Source of the DNA: Phoronis australis
Lineage: Eukaryota; Animalia; Phoronida
NCBI GenBank assembly: GCA_002633005.1
Contig: NMRA01000331.1
Location: 1 to 64,000 of the forward strand
Direction: 5' to 3'
Length of the DNA: 64,000 nucleotides
In this document: piece after piece, positions 1 through 12,100 of the stretch
How positions within the stretch are numbered: the stretch's first letter is position 1
How the letters are laid out: every line of letters begins with the position of its first letter
The notes under the pieces: generated by a model
Told to the model about the DNA's origin: nothing
Databases searched by the model: none
The model's input: the letters and a program-made list of their open reading frames with translations, nothing else
Translations under genes and position numbers: made by a program

Positions 1-877
1 AATACATAAAAAAAAAAAAAATCCCCTCGACTGGATCTGAAAATAGAACAAGTGCTGACTTGCTAGACCAACAAAACGGGCCGTGAGTTCAGCTGGCATT
101 TCCGTGTATTTTTTTGCAATTAGGAGTGTCGATTCGGCAAGTTTGAAAGCCAAAAACAGAAAAAACGACGAGACCAAATCAAATCAAAGACCTACCAACG
201 TTACAATTGTCACTCCCGGCAAAGTGTAATCGTCTTATCTGTTCTTCAGTGAATGGCAGGTTCAAGTTTTTTGGGGAGTGAACAAGAAAATATGTAATTT
301 CTTCAGTAAATGAAAAAGTTAACATGAACTGGAAAGAAAGAAGTATCTCAATGTTACAAGAAGTATATTGTAAAGGAATATGCACAAAAAGCAAATAATA
401 AAAATGTGAGATTATCTCTCCAGTCTAAGTTTAGTCGAGCTGGGCCATTGTTAGCCGCTTGTGGAACTGTATAAGTAACAATTGGCTATCTCGGGTAATG
501 TTATTACCCAACTTTCTGTTTTCAACTATCAGACTTAGCCAGTGCAGATTCCCATGTAGGTAAATCTAATGGAGAGTCATTCAGCGACATAATGTGATTA
601 TGAAATGCGCAAAGATACATCTATTGCCACAGGTCATGGTTCGAAGGGGTCGTGGGGGCTGTGGGTCGAGGTGGTCTTGGGTGAAGGGGGTCGTGGGGTT
701 CCTGGGTCGAGGGGGTCCAGGGTCAAGGGGATTGTGAGTTGTGGGCGTCAAGGGGATTTTAGAACAATTCGATTTTTAAGGTATCGACCGGACGTTTAGG
801 CAAAGTGACGACAATATATATACATGTGGGCGCATAAAATCAATTAAAGTGAATTGCATAAAACTAAGTACCATTTA

Positions 878-1035
878 CCGTAAACGTTTGGGTTAACGCC
901 CTGGGCAGTTAACCTGTCAAACCCAAAAATTTGGGGGAGGGCGGTTAAATAGACATAGGAGCTTAAACATGAAATTTCAAGAAATCGTGGGTGGGCGGTT
1001 AACCGAACATGGGCGCTTATTACGACAGATAATCA
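878..1035. mobile_element. Short TA-flanked MITE with CCGTA terminus (Tc1/mariner Tc2/pogo-like)
   Basis: TA|CCGTAAACGTTTGGGTTAACGCCC at 876-901, followed by GGGCGGTTAA/GGGCGCTTA repeats. Near-identical inverted terminus at 48586-48611; related right end GGGCGAATACGG|TA at ~3572-3585. Confidence 0.55.
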
Positions 1036-4010
1036 CTCTAGGCGGTTAATCTTATCTCATGATCTGAGTCCCACAAGACACACGTACTCGAAACGCGCGT
1101 GCTTGTCATCAGAGTTCATTTGCCAGAGTAAGCAGGCCTACATCTATGCAGCGCGCGCTTCCTGGCCACGCGCTTTTAACACTGGTCAAGTGTTTTTATT
1201 TGTCTTCGATTCGCAGTTTTCGCGGGTACAAAGAATAGGCCATAGTCCATTCGACTCTACGTGTAGGAAGCCTAGAAAATCACCTCTGTGGCCACTTTTT
1301 GGGAGCTAGATAATTTTGGTGTTTTTAAGGTCACTAAATACTATACTTTAAGAATTCAAAAAGTTCCCAAAGTTTGACTGGCACGTTTTCGAGAAATTTG
1401 ACCGAAAAAATCTGACTTTTTGCATAATTTGGCACAGAAAACCAATCTTCAAAAACCAACAACAGCAGACAAAAATTGAATGATAATTTGATTGGGATTT
1501 CTTCATATGAAGTTACTGAACACGAAAAGTGATATATATTATGATATTAGGTGACAAATTGCTCAAAAAAAGAGAAAAAGAAAGATTTTAGCAGCGCCTC
1601 TTGTTGGCCAGAAAACATTCTACTATATTCTGATCTGCCCAAAGATCAAATAGTGTTAACTATTTTGATGGAACTTGATGAAGATTTGATATCACAACCT
1701 ACATATGAACAATACACATTTCCAACACTTCTGCAACAAATTCACTGTCATCACTTTCATGAATTGTCGAAATTAATTATCATTATCCACATTGCTGTTC
1801 ACTGTCAACTGTCACAAGACCAAAATAAAAAAAGTTTTGACACCCTGAACACCATTTCATCTAAACACCTTGTTACAGTAATCCTATTTAACTGAAATAG
1901 ATAACCAAAATGCTCTTCAGTTTAGCACACAGTATAGCCAACAACTGAAATTTCATTTTGTTTAAGTGCTCAGCAAAAATAAGAATAAGGGAAATGAGCA
2001 TCATTACTAGCATTGATTACACTGTGCAGCTGCCTTCAAACAATTTAAAACAAAGAAACATTTTTATCATAATACAGTAGTTCAGCCTTTGAAAACAGAG
2101 GAATGGTCATGTTGGCAATTGTTTGAAATTCAAAAATGTCTTCTTTACGGTAGAGCTAGCTAAAATTTCATTTGACGCTTCCTGTTTTAAATAGCACAAA
2201 ATTGGAAGAGTAAAAATTTCCCTCCAATTCAATAATATAATAAATGTGAGATTATGAAATCTGCGCAACATTTGAATTTTCAAGATAAATGAATTACAGG
2301 ACACAAGCAATATTTCCATTTTTATATTTCTCAAATTCCAAGCACTGCTCAGGATTTTACATAAAAAAGGTCTCAAAATAGGCTTAGAAGTTCATAAAAA
2401 ACAGTGCTGATCACTCACAAGTAGGTAAAAACTACTGTCAGTACATTTGAGATTGAGACGACTATTACTACAAATTTATTTGACCTAAACTAAAGATTAT
2501 TTACCATAAATGATTCCTTTTCAAATTAAGAATAGGTAGGCCTATTTACATGTACATGTACTATTGAATGTTTGGAACTGGGAGAGGTTTTCAACTTTTC
2601 TTTTGTTTGTGAAGTTCTCCTGTGATGAAATTTGATTTGTGGCAAATGGTTCATAGTGGTTTCAAGACATACGGTATATTTCTTTTAGCACTGTTCAATG
2701 TACATGTAACGGACAGTGACAATCTCCTTAATTTTCAATTCATGGTTTCAGCAGAGTTCTAGCTGTCCCAAAACTGTTTTTTGCGAAACACAACATGATT
2801 CAGGGATGTGCCAAGAATTGTTCCAGTAAGATGACACTCGTGGCCACTTGGCTTGGCATTCCTCAATTCCTAACTGCTGCCTGCTGGTTTTTGAGCCTTG
2901 GCCCATGGTAATTGCCTATTACTTGCACACCCATCCAAGAATTATTACTATCCAATGAAGTCAGTAGCAGTAAACAAGCAGCTAGCTAAGCCAGCGTGAA
3001 TATTTTCATGCTAAGCAGACGACTTTTGAAGGGGAAAGGTACAGACACAATATTTTCCTGGCATTCGATTGACTGTTTGGATCATTTTGCACCGACACCT
3101 GGTGGCTGACATTTTAGTTGAGGTCATATTTTTCCAACTTTTAACTTGAAATTCTTACTAAACGTGCAATTGTATTCTTGGGACCTTTTTTGAAATTGAC
3201 TTTTGAACATCTGTAGATGGGTTTAATGCAAAGTTCTCGTTGCCCCCAGAAAGTAGCCACGGAGGTAAAAGATAGGAGAGCTGGACATGGCCTAGAAATC
3301 TGGATTCCTGTACGGGAAAGATACAATCCTGTTGACACGTAAGCTGCTTCTGTTCTGGAAGACCTGAACATAGTGGGACACGTTTCTTGCACGGTCAGCA
3401 AATTTTTGGCGTTCATTTTGAAGCACTGCGGAAGTTTGTAGTGTATAGTCACGGTTAAATACCGACATAGCGGCGATACTCGTGGTCTAGAAATTCCGCA
3501 CAGTGATTTTTTCAGGACTGTCAGACATTATTGATTGAAGACGTTGCTTATAGGGGCATGGGCGCTTATTAGGGCGAATACGGTAACTGTATAATTTAAT
3601 CCAATAAAACTGTATATCCTGGAAGTAGAAAGTCCGTAGAACGTATTTTTGACTAATACCAATCTGTCATGTCTTGCTATCACAATTTCGCAGTAAACAT
3701 CAGGCTCGTTCCTAGCGAAACAAGAATACACTTCAGGTGACAAGAACATTCAAGATGAAATCACAAAAAGTTCCACAGTGTCCGACATTAAGAAAATGTT
3801 CAACTCGCAATTGGCGAGTTGGATAAAATCTCAGCTCGCCATTCCGGTTAGCAAATCTTTAGTACCGCCAAAGTGTCGCTTGCGGTGCAGCCCATTGTGA
3901 TGCTTAAGCTACCATCCGGCGGCGAACCAGGTCTAGTAGGCAAAACACGGCAAAGAATTACAACAACTGTGACAGTTAGAAACTGGGTATTTTTGAAGTA
4001 GTGTTACTTG

Positions 4011-4318
4011 ATAGGCGGATTTAGGGAGGCAGGGGGCCCGGACCTCCCCTTAGCTGCCGCAAGCAAAACGAAACAGCAAGAGTGTGAAGCGTGAGGAAAT
4101 ACTGAGTTTAGTAACTAAGACAGGTAGCGGATGAGGGCAAGCTCAGACACCAGGGCGTGGCGGAATCGTTTCCCCTTTTTTAGTCCACCAGTAGATTTTC
4201 TGAACAGAAGGTCGACATTCCCGGCCCCGCAGCAACTTTCAGACCTGTGCACATACAATTGCTGAGACAACATGTTGCCCCCCCCCCCCACCTTATGGTA
4301 TCCTAGATCTGCCACTGT
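4011..4318. mobile_element. MITE with GGCGGATTTAGG...CCTAGATCTGCCACTG termini (hAT-like non-autonomous)
   Basis: Imperfect terminal inverted repeats with G-run and C-run subtermini; TSD not clean. Confidence 0.5.
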
Positions 4319-4822
4319 ACTTATTCATTAACTTCTTATCTTATGTTGGAAAGTAGGCATGCGTATTATTCCGTTGTATTCGTAAATCAGTCATGTTGGA
4401 ATAAAGCGCCTTTTCAGAATGAAAACGGACGATCGCCGCACAAATAAAAAAGTCCATGTTATTCAGCATTTCGTACATTCATTAGACATCATCAGGATTA
4501 TTATAAAGACAGCAAGTGCCAACATACAGCCAGGCAACACCCATAAAGTGAAGTAAGAGATGTAGGGAATAGTAAGTAGCTAGTCATCACCAAAGTAGCA
4601 GGGTCACTGAGCGCCGCATGTTACTCAGAATTGCCAAAGTTCCCCTGGCCCCATTTCAATTGTCTGATCTTGACTACAACAATCATGATCTCGGTGTGAC
4701 AAGCTATCAAAACTTATCTGCTAGTTGCTACAGCACCCCCGCGCACTGTACGTACGTTTCTAACTACTAAACATCTATCGTGTTATTTACGTAAACGTGT
4801 TTCCCGAAGTTTTACCCTGTCT

Positions 4823-4896
4823 AATTGGCGGCGCACCATATAAGGAGCTGGAGGGGGGCTATAGCCCCCACATATTTCAGTGCTGAGCAGCACATG
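4823..4896. mobile_element. 74-bp MITE with 5-bp TSD (TGTCT)
   Basis: Termini AATTGGCGGCGCACCA ... TGCTGAGCAGCACATG. TGTCT at 4818-4822 and 4897-4901. Homologous to 33005-33117. Confidence 0.7.
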
Positions 4897-5856
4897 TGTC
4901 TACACACAATTCACACAGAGAACTTCAATGAGACATACTGTACGTGCTATTAATCTTTCCTGAAACAGAGATTGTCTCACTGCCACGGACCTATGTTCTA
5001 AAAATGATGTTCTGAAAATTGGTCCTACTGCAGACATGCCCACTGACGTCCGCGGTAACTTAATGAGACACCTTGGATTAAAATATATCAATTCTCGATC
5101 GTATGTCCTTTATAAACACAATTCTCGTTTGAAAGACATAGCTACCGTAATAAAGACAGTTTCTGTTGCCCTGTGTGGTAATTGATGCAAAAAATGCATT
5201 CGTGGGATATATTTCTGAGAAATCTTGTCCACTTGCCGCATGTCTTAAAGTAAATCTCATTTTTCACATGTAACAAACTCGTTTTGAAAGAAATGTCTAA
5301 ACAAATACGTGTACACCACTCAAAATGCATTATATAATAAATTTTTATTAAACAAAAAACAAATAACAAACCGTGATTGGCAATTTAAACATGCCATTTA
5401 CGCCCACAAACATACCTGTGGTAGGGGTCATTTGCAACTACAATAACTTTCATTGAAATCCTCAAAAAATTTTTTTGGTTAAATGTCCTTTTCAATTTCG
5501 AAATAGTCAAAGAATCCCCTTTAAAAACGTTAGAAATTGTGAGCGTTACTGTTAGTGAGTGTTAGTTGGCTTGTTTTGCAACTGTGGAAACAGCATTGTC
5601 GTAAATTGAGGTCACGTTTGGTGAGTTCACCAACAACAAACTGAAGTCGCATTTGGCGAGTAAGCCTCGAGCTCAGGTTGCCAACAGCAATTTCAACTTG
5701 CAAAATGCGAACTGGAAGTCATCAAATCAGACCCTATTCCAGTTTTCTAAATAATTATATTTTTAACCTTCTTCAAGTTAGTTAGTGAAACTTGTGCAAA
5801 CATGAAATACTGCTTAATCTTCATGGTCGTTTTAGGATTTTGAAGTTAGTTCTTAC

Positions 5857-6012
5857 CTTTAGGACTGAGCTCCATCGAGTCTAAGTAAAATGGTCCATTT
5901 CTATAAATAATTTCTTGGCATACAATGGCGAAGCTGTATACATCTCCCTTAGGTGTTCCAGAGACAGGAGGATTGTGCAGACGCAATAACTCCGGGGCTG
6001 TCCAGAGCTTTC
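5857..6012 (-). CDS. NPR1-like: NPR-like exon, kinase-homology domain: (R)[51 protein letters not shown]
   Basis: 156 bp, tatcag acceptor and gtaaga donor, phase 1/1. Confidence 0.96.
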
Positions 6013-9000
6013 CTGATAAAGTATAAAACGAGATATTAAACAAGGAAATCTTGCATAGCCTTTGTCAACGTCTGTAACGCTGTTGAGCCTAGCTGTTCAC
6101 GAAAACATACACTGCCTCGTCTTATCTGAATAATTTGATGAAAGGCGCAGCAGTCCTTTTACAGAGTGAAACTTTTTCAATGCAGCACTGCTATATTGTT
6201 CCAGCTAAAAGTAAAACAAATCACAGGAGTTACACAGAGTTCTGCAAAAGTGTGCCGGTTTATTTTGAACATTGCTGCATTGCATTACGGGACAGTAGTC
6301 GGTTCGAAAACATCCGATGACATCACAGTAAACTTGGTGACTTGTAACCGAAACAAGGGAAAATTGCACATCATTTGGGCTCACCATAGCTGAAGGCACG
6401 AGTTCCGTGTAATATGCTTGCGTGTTGAAAAAAAAGTCAAAATTCCGGAAGAAAAATGCACCTAATGACCCCAAGGTTACACCAAATGACCTGAAATGAG
6501 ATATGTCAATTTGAAGTGTCTAGCTCTAAATCTTAGTTTGCACCTAATGACCTTTGACCCGTTTAATCCGATACGATACCAGCATTCCAATTGAAGTTCG
6601 ATGATTTATAAGCGAGAGAAAAATTTCACTATATTAAAATATAGTTTTTATGGAAATTATGCGTCTTATTTTTCATAGCTTATAAATGTCGGTGCAATGG
6701 CCTTGCTCAACATGCGATTGTTGAGCGTGCGTACTCTATTTTCACGGTCGCTGACGTCAGCCGCTGAGTGGTGTAGTGGTAAAGTCGGCGACTCGAAACT
6801 CTTGAGGCTCGGGTTCGAATCCGGCCTCGGTTTCCCGCCAAAATGTTATCTCACACTGAGATAACTTTATGGGTTATTACACGGTTGTATCTGCCATTCG
6901 ACGCTACGTATTGTGGTAGAACAGTAAAACTCTGCAAGCGCAGAGTAATAACAAAAAGATAAATTACGTAGAACAGCAAAACTCTGCACATACACGCGCA
7001 GAGTAATAAGAATAAAATTGAAGAAAACCCAGGAACAACAGTACTCTGCACTTCCAAGTGCAGAGTTATTGGTTCTTGCTAGCACCGCCAATGTGGTCAT
7101 TACAATTGTATCCGACTCTGGCGCCGCGCTCTCTTTGATCCTGCTAAAAACCGCTGACAAGGACGAGTGGTGAAATTTCGCGCATATCTTAGGAAATGCG
7201 TGACTTCTTTGTAAGCGTATTATCCATGGTATGAAATGTCAAAGATGTGACATTCTGCAAGTACACGAATGAAATACAAAACCCAGGATCCGTGGGAAAT
7301 ATCGTCAATACATAACTGGCGTACAGCGAACATTAAAAAACTTTAGTATGGTGTTATTGTTGACAGCGACACTATAAAACGAATTTGGATTTTGACGATA
7401 GTCTTCATACAACTAGCACCGGTGAGGGCACATATATGTAGATTTGTAGAAATTGAGCACTTAATGTGACAAGTTTTTGCAATTTGGTACAATGGTAGAT
7501 ATAAGCCAAGGAAATTCATAAAACAGTCCCTCACAGAGGCGTCTCTGTGTGAGTCCGATATAGAATTTCTTACAGTCACATTCAACCTCATAAACAACAT
7601 TGCTATTGTTTAACAAAGGGATGGGTGACTTTAGTTTACACAGCACATTGGAAAGTTTACGAAGAGGTTTGAAAACAACTATCAGCTCAACGGCTGGGTC
7701 TACGCAATGTACAAGGCGAGATAATTGACGTTTCAGTTATCACATTTAACCTTATAAACAAACACTGCTTTTGTTTAACAAAGGGATGGGTGACTTTAGT
7801 TTACACGGCACATTGGAAAGTTTACGAAGAGGTTTGAAAACAACTATCAGCTCAACGGCTGGGTATACGCAATGCAAGGCGAGATAATTGACGTTTCAAT
7901 TTCAAACTACTTGGCCCAGTGTTACCGAGAGAAAAGAATTTTCTTTTTCTCAGGTCCGATAGCAGCTAAGGCAGTTTGAAGACGACCAGCAGGAAACATC
8001 ATTACAGAAAAAGCTGTATGATCAAGCTGAAGCCAATGCAAGTGACAGACCAAAGGCAAGTGGAGGTCCAGCGAGGACACATCGTTGCAGAATAGCCTGT
8101 ATGATGAAGCTGAAGCCAATTATGCAAGTGACAGACCAAAGGCAAGAGGAGGTCCAGCAAGAGACACACTACAGTCTGTTTAAGAATAAGGATGGTGGCG
8201 AAGTAAAACAATTTGTCGCGCCGAGCAAGTTATGAAAGTCAGTGATGCAATTCGTCTGTAAGTTCATTCTCGAAGGACATCTTCGCGTAAGGAATACAAC
8301 TGACTGTATCACCAGGAACTTCTACTGGCCAGAAGTGGCAGCAGAAATGACCCGATTTTTCAGATCATGTCGATGATATACTCCTTCCCACTGTCACCTG
8401 AGAAGAACATTACCATACATTAAAGGACTTGTTTCAGCAAGACAAGCAGTCTTGACATTGGCTACCAGGAGGTGGACTTCCATCGGGTCGAAACTAACCA
8501 GATAACTACATACAACCAGAAGTTAATGCAGATCCAAGACGCACCAGCACCACCTAACGAGACAGAAGTCCAGTCGCTCCTAGGACTCACAAGGTACTAC
8601 CAAATGTTTGAGCATAACTATGCACAGATGACCGTACCATTGGCAGATCGACGTACTAGAAAGTTGGGTGGACCAACATACATGATCAGGCATTCAGTAA
8701 GCTGAAGCAATCGCTTGGAAGTAGCCCGATCCTATGAGTACCAGGCATAAATTCAGAGAAGAGACACATCAAATAGTGGCCTGGGGACAGAGTTTGAAGA
8801 TGCAATATTCCCAATTGCATATGCCAGTCGAAAGCTGAAAAGTGGCGAACAGTGTTATTGCACAGGCGGAAAGACATGTTTGGCAATAGTGTCCAGCACT
8901 TCCAGTTTTATATCTACGGGACGGAATATATAGGTGCAAACACACCATAAGCGTTTGGTTTATATTCAGCGCTACAAGACTGATAGCCCTGGGAGTTATG

Positions 9001-9137
9001 CGATGGAGGATGGGGATGCAGAACTACAAGTTTCATATGAAAGATGTCCTGGGAAAGACCAAAGTTAACGCAGACTACTCGAGTCAACTGACGGAACCGA
9101 ACCAGCGAGCACCTTAGAAGACAAAACAACCTAGTTA

Positions 9138-9178
<41 letters not shown>

Positions 9179-12100
9179 GCGTGTGCGTGTGCGTGTGTGT
9201 GTGTGTGCAAGATGGTTATGAGCTATACAATTAAAGACTGATTTCTCTTTGGCAGCAGCATCAAGAATAGGCTCACATTAGTTTTGCTTGTTTATTAGCA
9301 GGCAGTACTTGGTGATGTAATTTGCTTACGATAGAATATTAGAGAACATTCTAAAACAGCCACCCATGGAGTCCTTGTGATGATATATGACATAATCTGT
9401 TCACAGGGGAAAACTAAATGTCAATCTAGAAGAAAGATACGTCATATAAGTGATTAGTAAATAGAACTGCAGAACATTCTAAAGCTTTCTTTATGTTATC
9501 AGAAATCTGCGAAGTTCTAGAATGGGTTTCTTTACTGGTGAAAATTATTAAAAGTGTTTGATTACTGGTGAAAAGTTCTTCATTGTAAGGGACTGTCAAT
9601 ACTAAGGCACACCTTAGTGTGAGTTGGTTGAGTTTAAGTTAAATTGAAAGTCAGTTGAGTTAGAAAGTTATATAATTAATTGCAGGCGGCCTGATACACG
9701 TTGCACCAGACGTGCGCAGGCCTCACATGTGGGCCCATTGCATTGATCACCTGGAAATATTTTTATGCTTTATTAATATATGGTTAAAACCGAGCTGAGG
9801 AGCTAGAAACCTGGCTCAAGGGTTTAGCAGTGTGACATGGTGGGACTTGAACCCACGACCTCGAGTAAAGAAAGCGGGCAATTATCAACCAGGCCACACT
9901 GCCTCCTCTGTTAGAAAGTTATGCTGAACAGTTGAAATTGAAGTTAAGCTGAATTGAGTTGAAACAACAGTTTTGTTGAGTTAGAGCTAGAGTTGAGTCA
10001 CATTGCACTTTCAGATTCAGGAGTTACCTGTTAGTCAATACAGAGTCAGCTGTAAAGACAGCAGGTTAGTGAACCAACGATTGTAAGAACTGCTGGAATT
10101 GACTAATGAGTTCATCACAAAACAAGGCTTGGCAGCACTGGCTGGAGCAACGAAAGGACAATACCTCGTGTATTGTTATAGTAGACTTGTGAACACGCAG
10201 TCGAGATTAATAAAGTGATTAACTCGAAGCAGTCTTCGCACTATTGTTTCACCAAAAGCTATTAGCACTAGTCGGTTACAATCCGCGCCCTCCCGTCCAT
10301 GGGGAAATACTTAACACTTTCTATATGAAAGAACAAATAAATATCTCAGGATGCTGTTAAGGTCAAAATCTTCATAGTCGTCATCGATGTTGCCAAGTTC
10401 GTAGTACCAGTCTGACCGAAATTTTGACTGAAGCCTAAATTGTCAGATGTGGCGGCACACAGCCGACAGCTTCCTTTTAGCAGCTGTACTAATTTCGTCA
10501 ATGTATTGAAAATTTGTTCTTACTTCTGTAATATGCGTAAGTATCTTCTTCATCGACGTTGTCAGGGAAACCACGCAAGGAATGCAAACCGAAGTCTGTG
10601 ATCTTCAGTACAAACCGACTATCCACCACACAATTACTGCTTTTGAGATTGCCATGGGAACGGAAATCACTTCCGTGAAGATATGTCATCCCCTAAAATG
10701 ATTAATATCATCAAATTAAAGTTCAAGATACTTTAAAAAAAATCTTGCAGCATGAGCGCAAGATGTGATATCATTGTATCTGTTTCATTGAAACTTGTGC
10801 CACATATGTTTGTGTAACTTCTCACATAGTCCTGAGGGCCATCCCTTCAGGGACCCCACAAAGCTAAAAATTACTTACCCTAACTATATCTTGCATTAGA
10901 GAATATCTAAACATCCAGTCTAACTTTAATTGGTCATTCTCTAAGACATCCTGAAATGGTAAAAGGAAATCAGATCATGTACATTAAAGTGAAATCTTTA
11001 TAGTACAGGCGTGCATAAAAATGAGGGCTATCTTCAGGGCGTTCTCCCGTCCAGTGATTTTACCAGACATAGAGTGGTTGTGAGCATGTGATAACATCTA
11101 GCTCCTCAGTGTCAGTGCAGACCACAGTCTTCCACACAAGTGACGACAGTCAAACCCAGTCGTAGGTAAGTTCGGACAGAATGGATTGCCTTTCATTCAT
11201 AAAAGAACACAAATCAATAAGCGCCAATTCTATTTGCTTTACTACGCTAGCACAGAGCTCAAAATGTCGTTTTTCAGATAGCCATTTTTGGCGACAGAAA
11301 ATGTGGAAATAGCAATAAGATTTCCAGTGTCGCCAAATTGCTGTAAAATTGTCATAACAACGGATTTTCCAAACAAGGTTCGGTTACCTTCAGATCAGTA
11401 CTACAAGAATAAAGTTACAAAACTGTGGAGTAACAGTAGCGTGCCGTCCTGTAGTCTTGTTAGAGCTGATTCCGGTGACTGTAGTGCGCATACGACACAT
11501 GACTATACAGTGCTCCGGTTTGAATGCAACTATTCTCACGTGGCGAAGTGCGTGCGTGCAATCTTGATGACGAGAATCGGAGGCAAGGGGACTTGAGCCA
11601 GTCGTCAATCAAAAATTACTGCAAGGGCATTACTCAACAGCAAGCATTTGCTTGATATTTTATGACTTTGACTCGGTCATGTAAGATACTGGCTTCAGCA
11701 GTCATCCGCCCAATTTGTTGTGTTATATGACCGAACGAGCTGGAGCGCAGAGTGGGAAAATGCGCACACATCATCTTCCCCATGAGTATTTTGCAGCCTC
11801 TGTATGTGAAGATACCTTAAGCGAATGGCACTAAAGGCATTCAAGAAGTTAATTTTATCTTACCTGCAAGCTACCTTTTTGACAATATTCGGTTACTATG
11901 CACTGGTTAGGTGGGTCTATACAAGCTCCTATAAAACGCACAATGTGGTCGTTCTGCATATCTCGTATCTAAAAAGAACAACATTTTCATGCTTTAAAAA
12001 ATTGGACAGGTTTTAGAAAAATCATAGATCTAACAACTATTAAATTTTTTCCAATATATACACCACGGCCAGAGGAATATTTCATGAAAAGTGACTGAAG

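Noticed and set aside
1551-3452. Possible decayed transposase in ORFs at 1551-1895, 2107-2376 and 3141-3452
   Set aside because: No recognisable catalytic or structural motif in the frames examined.
1-5856. Next NPR exon (end of kinase domain, CW.E.P..RP)
   Set aside because: No suitable phase-1 exon found by eye; probably left of the window.
6762-6833. Functional tRNA gene
   Set aside because: A and B boxes are present but acceptor and anticodon stems do not pair.
8914-9210. His/Thr/Ala-rich ORF
   Set aside because: Translation of a (GT)n microsatellite and the antisense strand of Gypsy pol.
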